Source: Bacteroidota bacterium (GTDB lineage Bacteria; Bacteroidota; Bacteroidia; 2-12-FULL-35-15). Taken from it: DNA of 64,000 nucleotides. The stretch is from contig CANIQT010000014.1 of assembly GCA_947469885.1 (NCBI GenBank), positions 44,305-108,304 of the forward strand, read 5' to 3'. The translations under genes and the position numbers were made by a program. Position 1 is the stretch's first letter; each line of letters opens with the position of its first letter. Below are positions 11,000-21,377 of the stretch, piece by piece. Under the pieces are notes generated by a model, which was not told where the DNA came from, did not search any database, and saw nothing but the letters and a program-made list of their open reading frames with translations.

Positions 11000-11030
11000 T
11001 GTGTTATATCTAAGTAAATCAATATCTTTT

Positions 11031-11127
11031 TAATCCGCTAAATCTGTGTCATCTGCGTTCCCATCCCCTCCAATTTTTAATTCATTTTTTTTAATCTGCG
11101 TCAATCTGTGCAATCTGCGGTGTAATC
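11031..11127. repeat. About 9-bp-period atc(t/c)g(t/c)g-type repeats
   Basis: aatccgcta-aatctgtgt-catctgcgt ... aatctgcgtc-aatctgtgc-aatctgcgg. Confidence 0.55.
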
Positions 11128-12759
11128 CTATTTATTCTCTTTCTTCACTCTCTTCAACCCCAGCAAATTCATAGTATTTATAGTCAAACCACTAATATTA
11201 TTTTGCACCAACCTCACCACCTCATCATAATACAAAGGAGCCACAGGCGCATCCTCAATCAATAACTTATCCATTTCTCGGTAATAAAAATAACGAACAG
11301 AATCATTCAACTCCTCCCTCGATTTTTCGTACAACAAATCAAATGCAGCATTATCATAATGCGTATAATTAAATCCCTTTGGACTTTTATTTTTAGAATA
11401 AAACAACGATAAAAAATTTTCCTCATCAGCATAATCAGCCACCCACGATTTTCTGAAAAAATTAATTTTCGAATTAGCCGCATTCTCCGAAAGCACCGAA
11501 GGTTTCTGCACATCTATTTTTATTTTAATTCCAAACTCCGATAATTGCGATTGAATATATTCGGCCAGTTCCAAATACTGTTCGCTTGTAGCCAGCATAA
11601 TATCAGGCAATCCTTTTCCATTCGCAAAGCCAGCTTCCGCCAGCAATGCCCTCACTTTATCAGGATTATAATCATAACCTTTCACGATAGATGAATTATA
11701 CGAGGGCAATCCGGGAGGTATAAAACCTGCTGTTGCAGGTATCCCCAAATTTTTCCTCAGATATTGCACCATCTTTTTTCTGTCAAAACCATAGTTAATT
11801 GCTTTACGAATTTCTTTAATTTTTAAAGGAGAATTTTTTACAACCGCCAACTCTTCATCAATCACAAAACCCAAATAATCTGTTTTCAAAAATGGAGTGG
11901 TTTGTAACGTAAATTTATTTTTATACTCATCATTAATTATTCCTTCAGGAGTAAGCACTTCATCTGTATTTATTGCATCAATCCCCGAAACTATATCAGT
12001 AGCGCCTTTCAGAAAATTAAGAAACGATGTTTCCCTGTCTTTTATAAACGTAACCGCAACAGCATCCAAATACGGCAAACGGTTTTTTTTATCGTATTCA
12101 AAATAATTATCATTCTTCAGCAAAACTATTTTCGAACCTTCTTCCCACATTTTAAATTTGAAAGGTCCGGTACCTACGGGATTAATTCTAAAATCTTCGG
12201 CATATAAAGCAATTGCTTCTTTCGGAACAACCGAAAAATATTTCATTGTCAAAATTCCCAGAAAAGGAACAAAAGGTTTTTTAAGATGAATCAAAAAAGT
12301 AGAATCATTGAGTGCTTCAAAAGCTTTATTGTTTTCGTTATCAACAAAAGTAAGCAACGTAGAAGCACTCGAAACCTTGGCATCAAACAAACGATTAAAA
12401 CTAAAAACAAAATCAGCTGCAATTACTTTTCTACCTTTTCCATTTTTAAAACATTTGTTATCATGGAAAAAAACATCATCACGTAAATGAAAAGTATATG
12501 TCATTTCATCTTCCGAAATAGTCCATAATTTTGCAATGCACGCTTCAATTTGCAACGAATCATTCATTTGAACAAAACCATTAAACAATTGATTAACCAA
12601 TGCAATGTTTTCGAAACTAACAGCAGCAGCCGGGTCTAAAGATGTAACCGAACCCATTTCATTATATTTAAAAACAGTTCGTGTTTCTTTTTTTTCTTCG
12701 GATGAAGAGCAAGAAGAAATAATTAATAAAATAAAAAAAGAATAAACGGTTTTGTGCAT
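11128..12759 (-). CDS. ABC transporter substrate-binding lipoprotein (OppA/DppA family 5)
   Basis: Lipobox ISSC, SLDPA, YTFHLRDDVFFHD, PVGTGPFKF, WVADY. Confidence 0.92.
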   Translation of the reverse strand: MHKTVYSFFILLIISSCSSSEEKKETRTVFKYNEMGSVTSLDPAAAVSFENIALVNQLFNGFVQMNDSLQIEACIAKLWTISEDEMTYTFHLRDDVFFHDNKCFKNGKGRKVIAADFVFSFNRLFDAKVSSASTLLTFVDNENNKAFEALNDSTFLIHLKKPFVPFLGILTMKYFSVVPKEAIALYAEDFRINPVGTGPFKFKMWEEGSKIVLLKNDNYFEYDKKNRLPYLDAVAVTFIKDRETSFLNFLKGATDIVSGIDAINTDEVLTPEGIINDEYKNKFTLQTTPFLKTDYLGFVIDEELAVVKNSPLKIKEIRKAINYGFDRKKMVQYLRKNLGIPATAGFIPPGLPSYNSSIVKGYDYNPDKVRALLAEAGFANGKGLPDIMLATSEQYLELAEYIQSQLSEFGIKIKIDVQKPSVLSENAANSKINFFRKSWVADYADEENFLSLFYSKNKSPKGFNYTHYDNAAFDLLYEKSREELNDSVRYFYYREMDKLLIEDAPVAPLYYDEVVRLVQNNISGLTINTMNLLGLKRVKKENK

Positions 12760-12784
12760 TTTGAGTAAAAAGTATTTTTAATAA

Positions 12785-12820
12785 AAACCCCTTTCAGTGA
12801 TTCAACTCTGAAAGGGGTTT
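12785..12820 (-). terminator. Rho-independent terminator after the PNGase F-like gene
   Basis: aaacccctttcag / ctgaaaggggttt stem with an A-run on the plus strand (U-run on minus). Confidence 0.75.
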
Positions 12821-12838
12821 AGCATTGTATTATTTTAT

Positions 12839-15800
12839 TTATTGTAGCACTAATTTTTTCGAGATGAACTCATCACCCGAGCGAAGTGTAACGGTGTACA
12901 TTCCTTTCGGTTGATTCGAAAGGTCGGCTTCTATACTTTCAGCGGTTAGATTTTTAAAAGCATATTCAAACACTTTTTTCCCAAGCAAATCAAATATTTC
13001 CACCAAACCATCTTTGCGACTTGCCAAATCAATATTAATATAAACATGCCCGTCAGTAGGGTTAGGGAAAACATTTAACTGCGCCTTATCAGTAAAAATA
13101 TATTCGTTAATACTATTGGTCAATCCAACAGTAAACTGCTGATAAATCTTTCCTCCAAAGTCTGCCCCAAAATTTTTCAAAAGTGCATTTGGTGTTACTT
13201 TTCTGAACTGCAAATATCCTGCACCTTGTGCAGTATTAGCCCACCATTGCAATCCATCCCCTCCGCCACCACCATTACCTGCAGCATTATCAGTAAGTTC
13301 AAAAGTATAACAACCATTAGCAAGGGTCAATGTATCTCTATAGGTAAAGTTTGCAGCCATTCCACTTCTCGACATAATTATATTTCCTGCATCATCTTTC
13401 AAGGTATAAGCATTGTCTTGCGGAAACGAATTTGTTTTCAAAACAATAACCATTTGCGATGGCATCACTTGTGGATACGTGAAATGTGAAAGTTTAGTAT
13501 TGTTATTTGCGTATTGGTCAGCGCCTCCATTCGGATTGCTTACTGTTGCAGTAAAATCAGAAGCACCTTGAGCCCAAGCAAACGTGCCCAATGTAACAGT
13601 TGCCGATTCAGTAATTTTCAAACTACCTGTCCAGTGATAAACAGATAATACACCACCAACCAAACCATAAGTAATATCCAACGATGTTAAAACTGTTGAC
13701 CCTGTATTTTTTATTTTCACAATTGGATTGGTACAAACCGGATTTAATCGTTGCCACATCTGATCTTTGCTTGGCGAAAGAACATCTTCAATTGCTGCAT
13801 CAAGCGTAAAATTCGGTGCTCCATAAGTAATCAACTGATCTTCTATTTGAAAATAATCCCAACCTCCGGTATGTGTATAAGCTTGAACATTGTGTTTCAA
13901 CGAAACAGGACTTCCGGGAACAGAGAAAGGAGTCAACTCCCAATCGTAAGTCCATACTTCTGCTCCTGGGCACCAGTTCGCTCTGCTATATACCCATGTT
14001 CCTCCCTGCGGATAAAGCGGATTCACATCACAATTATCTCTCCATACCGATTTAGAATACTGTTGAAAACCATTCACCAAAAAGTAATGCGTTTTTGCAC
14101 AAAACTCAGAGCAATTTTGTGGTGTATCCATTCCATGTCCTGTTATTCTCGATTTCCATCTAGTACTCATTGCGTTGTTTGCAATCGGAATAGTTAATGT
14201 TGCTAGGTGATTGATTGAGTCAGTTGGAGTTCCGTAATTAAATCCTCCGTTCCATAAGTTTTTTACAGCAATTGGGTCGCGTGGCGGAATTCCTTTGATT
14301 AATAAAAATTTTACATCTAATAATTCTTGCCAATTACCTGCACTTAGGTGAACACTATCCGCTAGTAATGTTCGATAATCACTTACATCAAACGTCCATG
14401 TAAAACCATTACCCAAACTTAATCCATTTCCATAAGGGGTAATGTATCTGGCTAATTCATATCGTATCACTTGTGGAAATTTTTGATACCAGTTGTAATA
14501 AAATCGGTTGATGGTACTGTCGGCAGTTACCAAGGTGGAGTCGTATGCTACTCCCTGTGGGGTGTATAAATAATTGTTGTAATATGTTTGCCATACATTC
14601 ATTGTATCAGTAGCCACTCCTGGATTGTTAATTGAATCATTATAAGTAATAATTTGAACTGGTGCATTCACTGTAGTGTCAACAACCAATACCGAATCCA
14701 AGTGTTGTGTATATACCCCTTGCTCAAAAATAATATTTGGACGGAAAGTAGTTCTCGAAAAATTGGAAACAATCTGATTTGCAGGTCTCAATGGATTATC
14801 AACAGAAGCAAGTGTTGCCGAAGCATTTCCACCCATAGCTATATCATAAAATGTTTGATAATTTCCATCATCACAGTGATAATAAACCGCCAAGTTATTG
14901 TAGTTAGGATGAGCCGCATCAATTTGTTTATTCATATATGCCTGTATAGTGGCTGGAGATAGCTCTGCATTGAACACTGAAAATTCATCAATTTTCCCTT
15001 CATATGTTTGCGAGCCCCCCCAGTTTCCTCTTCCTATTTTAAAATTTTTAATCCCTTTCATACTCTTGGTCATAGCAGTGCCTGTGTGCCAAAGCACACC
15101 GTTCAAATAAATATTCATAACTCCCGTTACTGTATTTTTAGTAAACGCCCAATGATTCCATTTTCCTTTTATTTCGCTGCTTACCGCTGGTTTATTAATT
15201 CGGTCGTATGATGTTCCTCCGTATCCTGCATCCCAATACACATTGCTATTCGACCATGGGAGATGAGAATTCAATAAACGGTTTCCCAAAGAATCAACTG
15301 CTTCAAATGCTGTCCCATCCATAGGTTGAAGGTTTGGGGAGCCGTAACACCACAAGGTAACTGTTACAAATGAATCAATAGAAACCAATTTGTTATTTAA
15401 AGGAATAGAAACATATCCGTACTGATGAAATGAAGCTACCCTATCACTACCTGAGTTATATAATTCAGCAGGAAATGATGTTACAGATGATGCCACTTCA
15501 TTATCAACTCCAGAAATCGTATTATCATAAGTTATGTCTATTAATAAATTAGAAGTCCCGTTCCAGTTGAATGGGGTCGTAAATTGCAAACTGTTCCATC
15601 CTGTTGACGAGAATTGTGTGTTTTGAGAATAAACCGTTGTCAGGACACTATCGCTGTAAGTAGCTTGTGTTAGTGAATCCAATGGAGAATGTTTTATCCG
15701 AATAGTTAAATTGTGCATTGAGCCACCAAGCGTTTGTAAATAAAATTGCAAACCCGTAATATTTCCAGTACTCATTCCTGCTGCACTTATTTCAGATGCT

Positions 15801-16291
15801 TTCCACAAATACTGAGAATGTGAAACCGGGTCAGAAGTTCCGAACGGGATATTATCATTAGCTATTCCAGTGCCTACAGTGTCGGTGGTTAAAGAAGTGG
15901 TACCTGTGTTCACCATATAATATTGCCATGTGGGGTGATAACTGTAAGAAGGTGTGTTCATATAACTATAACTCGAAGGGGCAGCTCCATTTACTGTAAA
16001 AGTAGGCTGATGTATCAATGTAGAATCCTGCAGGCCGGTATGTTTGTATAAATAAGTATAAGTCAGATAATCCCATTCACCACAGGCAGGGTTTTGTCCA
16101 GGGTTACATTTTAAAGTGTACTTCATCAACACTTTTTCGCAGCGCAACGTGTCTTTTGGAAACACAAACCAAGCATTCTGTGTGGAACCGAAAGAGAAAG
16201 CCTGCACCACAACTGTATCTCCAGGATTGGCAAATGATTTTGAATTTGAAAAGTAAAGAAATACGATACTGAATATTAATAATTTTTTCAT
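12839..16291 (-). CDS. Secreted peptide-N-glycosidase F-related protein with LamG domain and T9SS type A CTD
   Basis: CGEWDY, ELARYITPYG, TGHG, CSEFC, RANWCPG (PNGase F-like). LamG-like WNHWAFT..IYLNG..GKIDEFSVFN. C-terminal VFPNPT..GMY..KKLVLQ. Confidence 0.85.
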   Translation of the reverse strand: MKKLLIFSIVFLYFSNSKSFANPGDTVVVQAFSFGSTQNAWFVFPKDTLRCEKVLMKYTLKCNPGQNPACGEWDYLTYTYLYKHTGLQDSTLIHQPTFTVNGAAPSSYSYMNTPSYSYHPTWQYYMVNTGTTSLTTDTVGTGIANDNIPFGTSDPVSHSQYLWKASEISAAGMSTGNITGLQFYLQTLGGSMHNLTIRIKHSPLDSLTQATYSDSVLTTVYSQNTQFSSTGWNSLQFTTPFNWNGTSNLLIDITYDNTISGVDNEVASSVTSFPAELYNSGSDRVASFHQYGYVSIPLNNKLVSIDSFVTVTLWCYGSPNLQPMDGTAFEAVDSLGNRLLNSHLPWSNSNVYWDAGYGGTSYDRINKPAVSSEIKGKWNHWAFTKNTVTGVMNIYLNGVLWHTGTAMTKSMKGIKNFKIGRGNWGGSQTYEGKIDEFSVFNAELSPATIQAYMNKQIDAAHPNYNNLAVYYHCDDGNYQTFYDIAMGGNASATLASVDNPLRPANQIVSNFSRTTFRPNIIFEQGVYTQHLDSVLVVDTTVNAPVQIITYNDSINNPGVATDTMNVWQTYYNNYLYTPQGVAYDSTLVTADSTINRFYYNWYQKFPQVIRYELARYITPYGNGLSLGNGFTWTFDVSDYRTLLADSVHLSAGNWQELLDVKFLLIKGIPPRDPIAVKNLWNGGFNYGTPTDSINHLATLTIPIANNAMSTRWKSRITGHGMDTPQNCSEFCAKTHYFLVNGFQQYSKSVWRDNCDVNPLYPQGGTWVYSRANWCPGAEVWTYDWELTPFSVPGSPVSLKHNVQAYTHTGGWDYFQIEDQLITYGAPNFTLDAAIEDVLSPSKDQMWQRLNPVCTNPIVKIKNTGSTVLTSLDITYGLVGGVLSVYHWTGSLKITESATVTLGTFAWAQGASDFTATVSNPNGGADQYANNNTKLSHFTYPQVMPSQMVIVLKTNSFPQDNAYTLKDDAGNIIMSRSGMAANFTYRDTLTLANGCYTFELTDNAAGNGGGGGDGLQWWANTAQGAGYLQFRKVTPNALLKNFGADFGGKIYQQFTVGLTNSINEYIFTDKAQLNVFPNPTDGHVYINIDLASRKDGLVEIFDLLGKKVFEYAFKNLTAESIEADLSNQPKGMYTVTLRSGDEFISKKLVLQ

Positions 16292-16476
16292 TAAAATTTT
16301 GTTTGGTTTTTTTGTCGTGTAAAACTATAAATTTATTTGACAACTAAAACCAATTGTTAATGAAGTACAGGTTTTTGTTAATAAAAATTTCGTTTTTGGG
16401 GTGAGGCATAAGCAAGATGATAATTCGAGAAAGTTTGTCCTTTATTGGTTGTAATCTTAAAAATAAATCTTACAAG

Positions 16477-16492
16477 TATGATTTTGGTCATA
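16477..16492. promoter_or_regulatory. TATGA-N6-TCATA palindrome (putative Crp/Fnr site) upstream of the fasciclin gene
   Basis: TATGATTTTGGTCATA, 21 bp upstream of the -7 box TAATTTTG (16514-16521). Confidence 0.7.
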
Positions 16493-16551
16493 AAAATTTA
16501 TATAAAGAGATAGTAATTTTGGCAAATTATTAATCAAAAAAACTTACGATT

Positions 16552-17124
16552 ATGAAAAAGAAAAACTTTTATTTAATGACAGTTGGTATAGTATTATTGG
16601 CTGCATCATGCAATTCGGGCGATACTTCGCCTGCTACAACAACAGCGGAAACAACAAGTGCAAACGTTCCATTAACAGGACAATCAGGAGTGGCTGATGA
16701 TGTATCAGCAAAAAACATTGTTCAAACAGCAGTGGGAAGTAAAGACCACACCACACTGGTGGCTGCCGTAAAAGCTGCTGAATTAGTTGATGTATTGAGC
16801 AATACAGGACCATTTACTGTATTTGCTCCAACAAATGCTGCATTTGAAAAACTGCCGGCAGGAACTGTTGAAGGTTTGCTAAAACCTGAAAAGAAAGAAG
16901 ATTTGCAGGACATTTTGCAATATCACGTTTCGGTAGGAGTGTACCAGGCAGATGCTTTGCAAGATGGTCAAACACTAGGTCAGGTGAATGGTGGTAATAT
17001 TAAAATCACAAAAAAAGACGGAAAGATTATGGTGAATGGTACTGCCACTGTGCTTGCTTCAATTCAAACAAGCAATGGTGTTATTCATTTTATTGACGGT
17101 GTATTGCTTCCGCCTAAGCAATAG
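16552..17124 (+). CDS. Fasciclin (FAS1) domain lipoprotein
   Basis: Lipobox LAASC, GPFTVFAPTNAAFEKL, ILQYHV, SNGVIHFIDGVLLP. Confidence 0.93.
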   Translation: MKKKNFYLMTVGIVLLAASCNSGDTSPATTTAETTSANVPLTGQSGVADDVSAKNIVQTAVGSKDHTTLVAAVKAAELVDVLSNTGPFTVFAPTNAAFEKLPAGTVEGLLKPEKKEDLQDILQYHVSVGVYQADALQDGQTLGQVNGGNIKITKKDGKIMVNGTATVLASIQTSNGVIHFIDGVLLPPKQ

Positions 17125-17147
17125 TTTTGGTTTATAATTAGTATCTG

Positions 17148-17181
17148 AAAAAGCGTAAACATATTGTTTACGCTTTTTTTT
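17148..17181. terminator. Bidirectional rho-independent terminator
   Basis: aaaaagcgtaaaca-tat-tgtttacgcttttttt between the convergent fasciclin and globin genes. Confidence 0.85.
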
Positions 17182-17217
17182 ATTAATAAATTTTATAAAA
17201 ATAAAACAGAAGAAAAG

Positions 17218-17589
17218 TCAGGGTATAAGTTTTATTTGCATCACCGTGGAGATACTTAATGCCCGCTGTTTAGCAAGTTCAGCATTAGGTCCTTCAAATA
17301 ATTCATCCACGGTTTGAATGAATAATCTTTCCCATTGCTCAAAATGTTCTTTTGTAAGTGGACTGATACGGCTGAGATGACGATGAATATTCATAGTATC
17401 ACCTGTATAACCACCTGTGTAGAATAACGCATTTCCCCAAAAACTATACATAACAGGCAAATGTTTCTCCCAGTTTACCTTTACAACATCATTAAAAATA
17501 TAACCAATTACGGAGTCTTCTTTTACTTTATCGTAAAACAAATTAATTAGCTGTTCAATATCTTCTCTGTTTAATAAATCTGTTTTCAT
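17218..17589 (-). CDS. Group III truncated hemoglobin
   Basis: LINLFYDKV..IGYIF..HLPVMYSFW..HFEQWERLFIQTVDELFEG pattern of trHb3. Starts 14 bp after nosY. Confidence 0.88.
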   Translation of the reverse strand: MKTDLLNREDIEQLINLFYDKVKEDSVIGYIFNDVVKVNWEKHLPVMYSFWGNALFYTGGYTGDTMNIHRHLSRISPLTKEHFEQWERLFIQTVDELFEGPNAELAKQRALSISTVMQIKLIP

Positions 17590-17603
17590 TTTCTATTACT
17601 ATT

Positions 17604-18371
17604 TTACAAATCTTTTCTTTTAAATTTAGCTAGCGACAACTTAAGCGGAACGATTACCCATAATACTAAAACGGAAAGTGCGGTAACAAAACCAACATTG
17701 GTTCCGAAAAAATCCTTGAATACAGCTCCTGTATATCCCATCAATGCAGAAACATCCAACCTTAACAAAATAACAATACGGCTTAAGTCTATTGGATTGA
17801 AACCACTTATAACCATCATTGGCTTTTCGAGCGGATAGTCTGAAAATTGAAAAAGAAGAAATAAAATCAGACCGTCAAAAATTAAAGCAAAATACAACCA
17901 AAGAAGAATTGAAACACCTATCCCTTTAGCCTTGTCTCGCGAAGAAACCGCAGCAAGCAATGCAATGGCGACAAAAATAACTGAAAGTAATGAGCCAACA
18001 ATAGCCATTATCAAACCAGTTACAGTTGGTTCATATATCAGTAACGGAACACCTGCACCAATTAAAAATGCTAAGGAAAGCGATGCAGATAAACCATAAA
18101 ATAAACTCAGCCATATTTGCTTCCTCCGCAAAGGTTGACTTAGCAGTAATTCGATAAATTCAGAACTATTGTAAACATATATAGTTGAAAATATAATTGA
18201 AACTAATGGCACAATGAATAAAACTAAATTTAATAAACTTAATAATCCCTTGGCTGTATTATCCTCGAGGCTAAATACGCTGAAGGAAATAATGAATAAA
18301 ATAAAAGTATATGCTAATACAATTTTACTCCTCAGTATATCTATAACAACGTATTTAATTACCTTATTCAT
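17604..18371 (-). CDS. nosY: NosY, ABC permease for N2O reductase maturation
   Basis: Multi-TM, ELLLSQP, NPIDLSR. Follows nosD-nosF with overlapping stop/start. Confidence 0.88.
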   Translation of the reverse strand: MNKVIKYVVIDILRSKIVLAYTFILFIISFSVFSLEDNTAKGLLSLLNLVLFIVPLVSIIFSTIYVYNSSEFIELLLSQPLRRKQIWLSLFYGLSASLSLAFLIGAGVPLLIYEPTVTGLIMAIVGSLLSVIFVAIALLAAVSSRDKAKGIGVSILLWLYFALIFDGLILFLLFQFSDYPLEKPMMVISGFNPIDLSRIVILLRLDVSALMGYTGAVFKDFFGTNVGFVTALSVLVLWVIVPLKLSLAKFKRKDL

Positions 18372-19083
18372 TAATCAGTGTTTTGGCCATAACATTTGCA
18401 ATAGCTTTAGATAATTTTTGTTCACCTGTTTCAGTACGCAACACTTCAATATCTTTATGAAATATTAATTTCCCATCTTGAATGTATATAATTTGAGTTA
18501 CAATATCATCCAACTCGGAAAGCACATGAGAGGTAATAAGGACAAGTTTGCCTTTTTGTTTTTCTTTAATTATTTTTTCTCTTAAAATTTCAGCTGCAAG
18601 TGGATCAAGACCTGCGGTTGGCTCATCAAGTATTAGAACTTCAGCATTAAACAAAAAAGCGAATAAGGCAGAAACCTTTTGACGTGTTCCTCCTGACAAT
18701 GTTCGCATACGCTTGTCAAGCATTTTGTCTAATTGAAAACTATATAACAATTCTTCATCAATGTTATTTTTATTCTCCCTTCGAATATCTTTCATCATTT
18801 TTATGAGTTGGCCAATGGTCATATTATCAGGATAACGACCTATCTGAGGCATGTAACCAATTTGAGAACGGTACATCCAGTTTTTAGAAATAGTTTTATT
18901 GTTAAATAAAATATCTCCAGAGTCTGGCACTACCAAGCCAAGAATAGATTTAATAAATGTTGTTTTTTCGCTTCCGTTCGGACCAATCAATGCAATACAC
19001 TCACCTGCGTTGCAAGTGATATTTATTGAATCCAAAGCCACCAGCTTCCCAAAATGTTTTGAAATATTTTTTGCAATAATCAT
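18364..19083 (-). CDS. nosF: NosF, ABC ATPase (Walker A variant GPNGSEKT)
   Basis: LSGG signature, ILDEPT Walker B, SH switch. Located between nosD and nosY. Confidence 0.88.
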   Translation of the reverse strand: MIIAKNISKHFGKLVALDSINITCNAGECIALIGPNGSEKTTFIKSILGLVVPDSGDILFNNKTISKNWMYRSQIGYMPQIGRYPDNMTIGQLIKMMKDIRRENKNNIDEELLYSFQLDKMLDKRMRTLSGGTRQKVSALFAFLFNAEVLILDEPTAGLDPLAAEILREKIIKEKQKGKLVLITSHVLSELDDIVTQIIYIQDGKLIFHKDIEVLRTETGEQKLSKAIANVMAKTLINE

Positions 19084-20324
19084 AAAGACAAAGATTTCAT
19101 TAAAGGAGTTTCATCTTTTAAATTTTCAGGGGTAAGTGTGGGGATTATTTTCTCTGTTTTATCCAGCAACGAAACCATGATACTTCTAAATAAAATCATC
19201 GCTGGCGGGTTTTGCTCAATTATTACAGAAAACATACTTATGGGACGATAGGGTACATCACCTATATTATCTTCATTGATATCGTACCCTTCATATTTAT
19301 CCCAATAATTACTGTTAAATGAATTAAGAACCAAAGTACCATTGGTGCCAACATCAAAGGTATTACCAAAAAAATTGTTTTTTGTAACAGTAACATCCAT
19401 ACAACTTGCCTGAATTTTTATAGCCCATCCGTTAGATTCAAATATATTTTTCTGCATTTCGCATCTGCTTGCACCTTCCATATATATTCCAACAGTATTT
19501 TTTCTGAACTTGTTATTTATTATGTAACTATCTGAAATTTCTTTTAACAGCAAACCAAAAGCGGCATCCCCCCAATTTTCTTCAAAGGTATTATTAAACA
19601 TTTTAACTCCTGTGGTAAACATCACTGCAACACCTGCACCGTTATTTCTGAAAAGATTTGTTATGTAGGAATCTTTATTGGAAAACATAAAATGCAAACC
19701 ATACCGAATATTATCCGTAGAAATATTTCTCCAGATAATTGAGTTTGTCACAAATTCAAAATATATACCGTCACGATGCCCCGAAACAGTGTTACCAATT
19801 ATTTGCATACTATCGCATTTCCAGCAATGAATTCCATTTCCAATTTCCTGTTCCTGTTTACCGTATGATCTAAGTTGATTGTTTTTAATTACACAGTTCT
19901 TTCCATTTTGAGTATAAATTCCAAAAAAAGTATCATCAATAATATTATCTGAAATCGTAACTTTATGTGCATCATAAATTTTTATTCCAGCCGGGTCAAT
20001 TAAAGTTCCGTAGCCTGAATGTTGAATTTTAAATCCTGAGAACGTAACAAAACTAGACTTAATGGAAACTACCTCATATTTGTGTTCTCCATCAAGCACC
20101 GGATAATTAATTCCAATCATTTTAATTGATTTATCGACAATTAGATTATGTTCAAAATAAATACCTGAATTAACTATTATTGTATCGCCATTTGAGGATT
20201 GGTGAATAGCCTTTTGTATGGAATGAATAGAAAATTGTTTGCCAACATTAATTTGTGTTGCATTAGAACCTTGATGGAAAAATAAAATTAAAAAGAATGA
20301 TATTAAGATGATGCGGAGACACAT
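19080..20324 (-). CDS. nosD: NosD, N2O reductase maturation beta-helix protein
   Basis: GNGIHCW, HRDGIYFEF, RYGLHFMFS, NYWDKYEGYD..GDVPYRP. Confidence 0.95.
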   Translation of the reverse strand: MCLRIILISFFLILFFHQGSNATQINVGKQFSIHSIQKAIHQSSNGDTIIVNSGIYFEHNLIVDKSIKMIGINYPVLDGEHKYEVVSIKSSFVTFSGFKIQHSGYGTLIDPAGIKIYDAHKVTISDNIIDDTFFGIYTQNGKNCVIKNNQLRSYGKQEQEIGNGIHCWKCDSMQIIGNTVSGHRDGIYFEFVTNSIIWRNISTDNIRYGLHFMFSNKDSYITNLFRNNGAGVAVMFTTGVKMFNNTFEENWGDAAFGLLLKEISDSYIINNKFRKNTVGIYMEGASRCEMQKNIFESNGWAIKIQASCMDVTVTKNNFFGNTFDVGTNGTLVLNSFNSNYWDKYEGYDINEDNIGDVPYRPISMFSVIIEQNPPAMILFRSIMVSLLDKTEKIIPTLTPENLKDETPLMKSLSL

Positions 20325-20333
20325 TTATGAATA

Positions 20334-21356
20334 TTAATTAATTAACTGATCCCATGTAACTGCTTGTCCCTTTAATTTTTCGGTGTATAATTTCAAACTA
20401 TCGTTACTAGAGTATGCTGCAATATTTCCACCCATTGGGCTTTTAAGTTCATCGCTCTTTAGCAAAAAAATGTTAGATTGAATAAATAACTGATGAGAGG
20501 AACAAAAATCTGTGAAATAAACATCTTTAATATCTGCTTTTTTCAAGTTACCTTCTTTAATATAAATCAACAAACAATTTATATCATCAAACTTAAATAC
20601 CTTTCCTTTATTAGTAATAGCTTCTGCTCCATATTTGATGTCACTTATTGTCATTTTACAAAACTGACAATTGTCAATTCCTATTTTTATTTGTTGAGGA
20701 GCAGAGGAGCAAGCTGAAATAAAAAGCAAAACAAAAAATAATACAGGAGTCATAGTCAACATATTATTTTTTTTGAATTTCCTGAATTTAAAAAAGTCAG
20801 CCAATGAACTAAATAACAAAACGGCACCTGCTTCTAAAAATATCCATCCACCAACATCCGGAACAGAGTATGCACCAAAATTAAGTAATTGTTTAAAGCC
20901 AATTAATGGTGGTTGATAAGCCATACCTGGAACAATAATGGCAGCTTCCGGATTAAGATTATGCCCATAATTATATTCCCATCTCCAAAAATCAACCATT
21001 GCAATAATACCAAAACAAACAAACAAAAAGCAAAGTATATACATTAGTTTTCTATTACCAATAATTCCAACGGCAACAAAAAACGCTGCAAAAAACATTA
21101 TGATATAGGGAAGAATTGCGAATTCAACAAAATCATCTTTTTGAAGTGTTTTCATTCCTATATAGTGATTAAGTCCATTAATTATATTCACGTTGCCCCC
21201 TAGTGTATGCGGATAGATAAGCAAACGTAAACCCTCCGGATACTGAGGTGCGTCCAAATCAATCCGCCACATGGGAACAAATAAAACCACTATAAGTAAT
21301 AAACCGGATAGAGACAAAATAATTCTAATCCAGTTTTGCATGGGATACTTTTTCAT
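20334..21356 (-). CDS. nosL: NosB-like membrane protein fused to NosL Cu chaperone
   Basis: N-terminal PMWRIDLDAPQYPEGL/NGLNHYIGM/YGHNL (clade II NosB). C-terminal CQFCKMTISD, FDDINCL, SPMGGN (NosL). Confidence 0.85.
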   Translation of the reverse strand: MKKYPMQNWIRIILSLSGLLLIVVLFVPMWRIDLDAPQYPEGLRLLIYPHTLGGNVNIINGLNHYIGMKTLQKDDFVEFAILPYIIMFFAAFFVAVGIIGNRKLMYILCFLFVCFGIIAMVDFWRWEYNYGHNLNPEAAIIVPGMAYQPPLIGFKQLLNFGAYSVPDVGGWIFLEAGAVLLFSSLADFFKFRKFKKNNMLTMTPVLFFVLLFISACSSAPQQIKIGIDNCQFCKMTISDIKYGAEAITNKGKVFKFDDINCLLIYIKEGNLKKADIKDVYFTDFCSSHQLFIQSNIFLLKSDELKSPMGGNIAAYSSNDSLKLYTEKLKGQAVTWDQLIN

Positions 21357-21377
21357 TTTACAAATTTAAGAGGAAAT

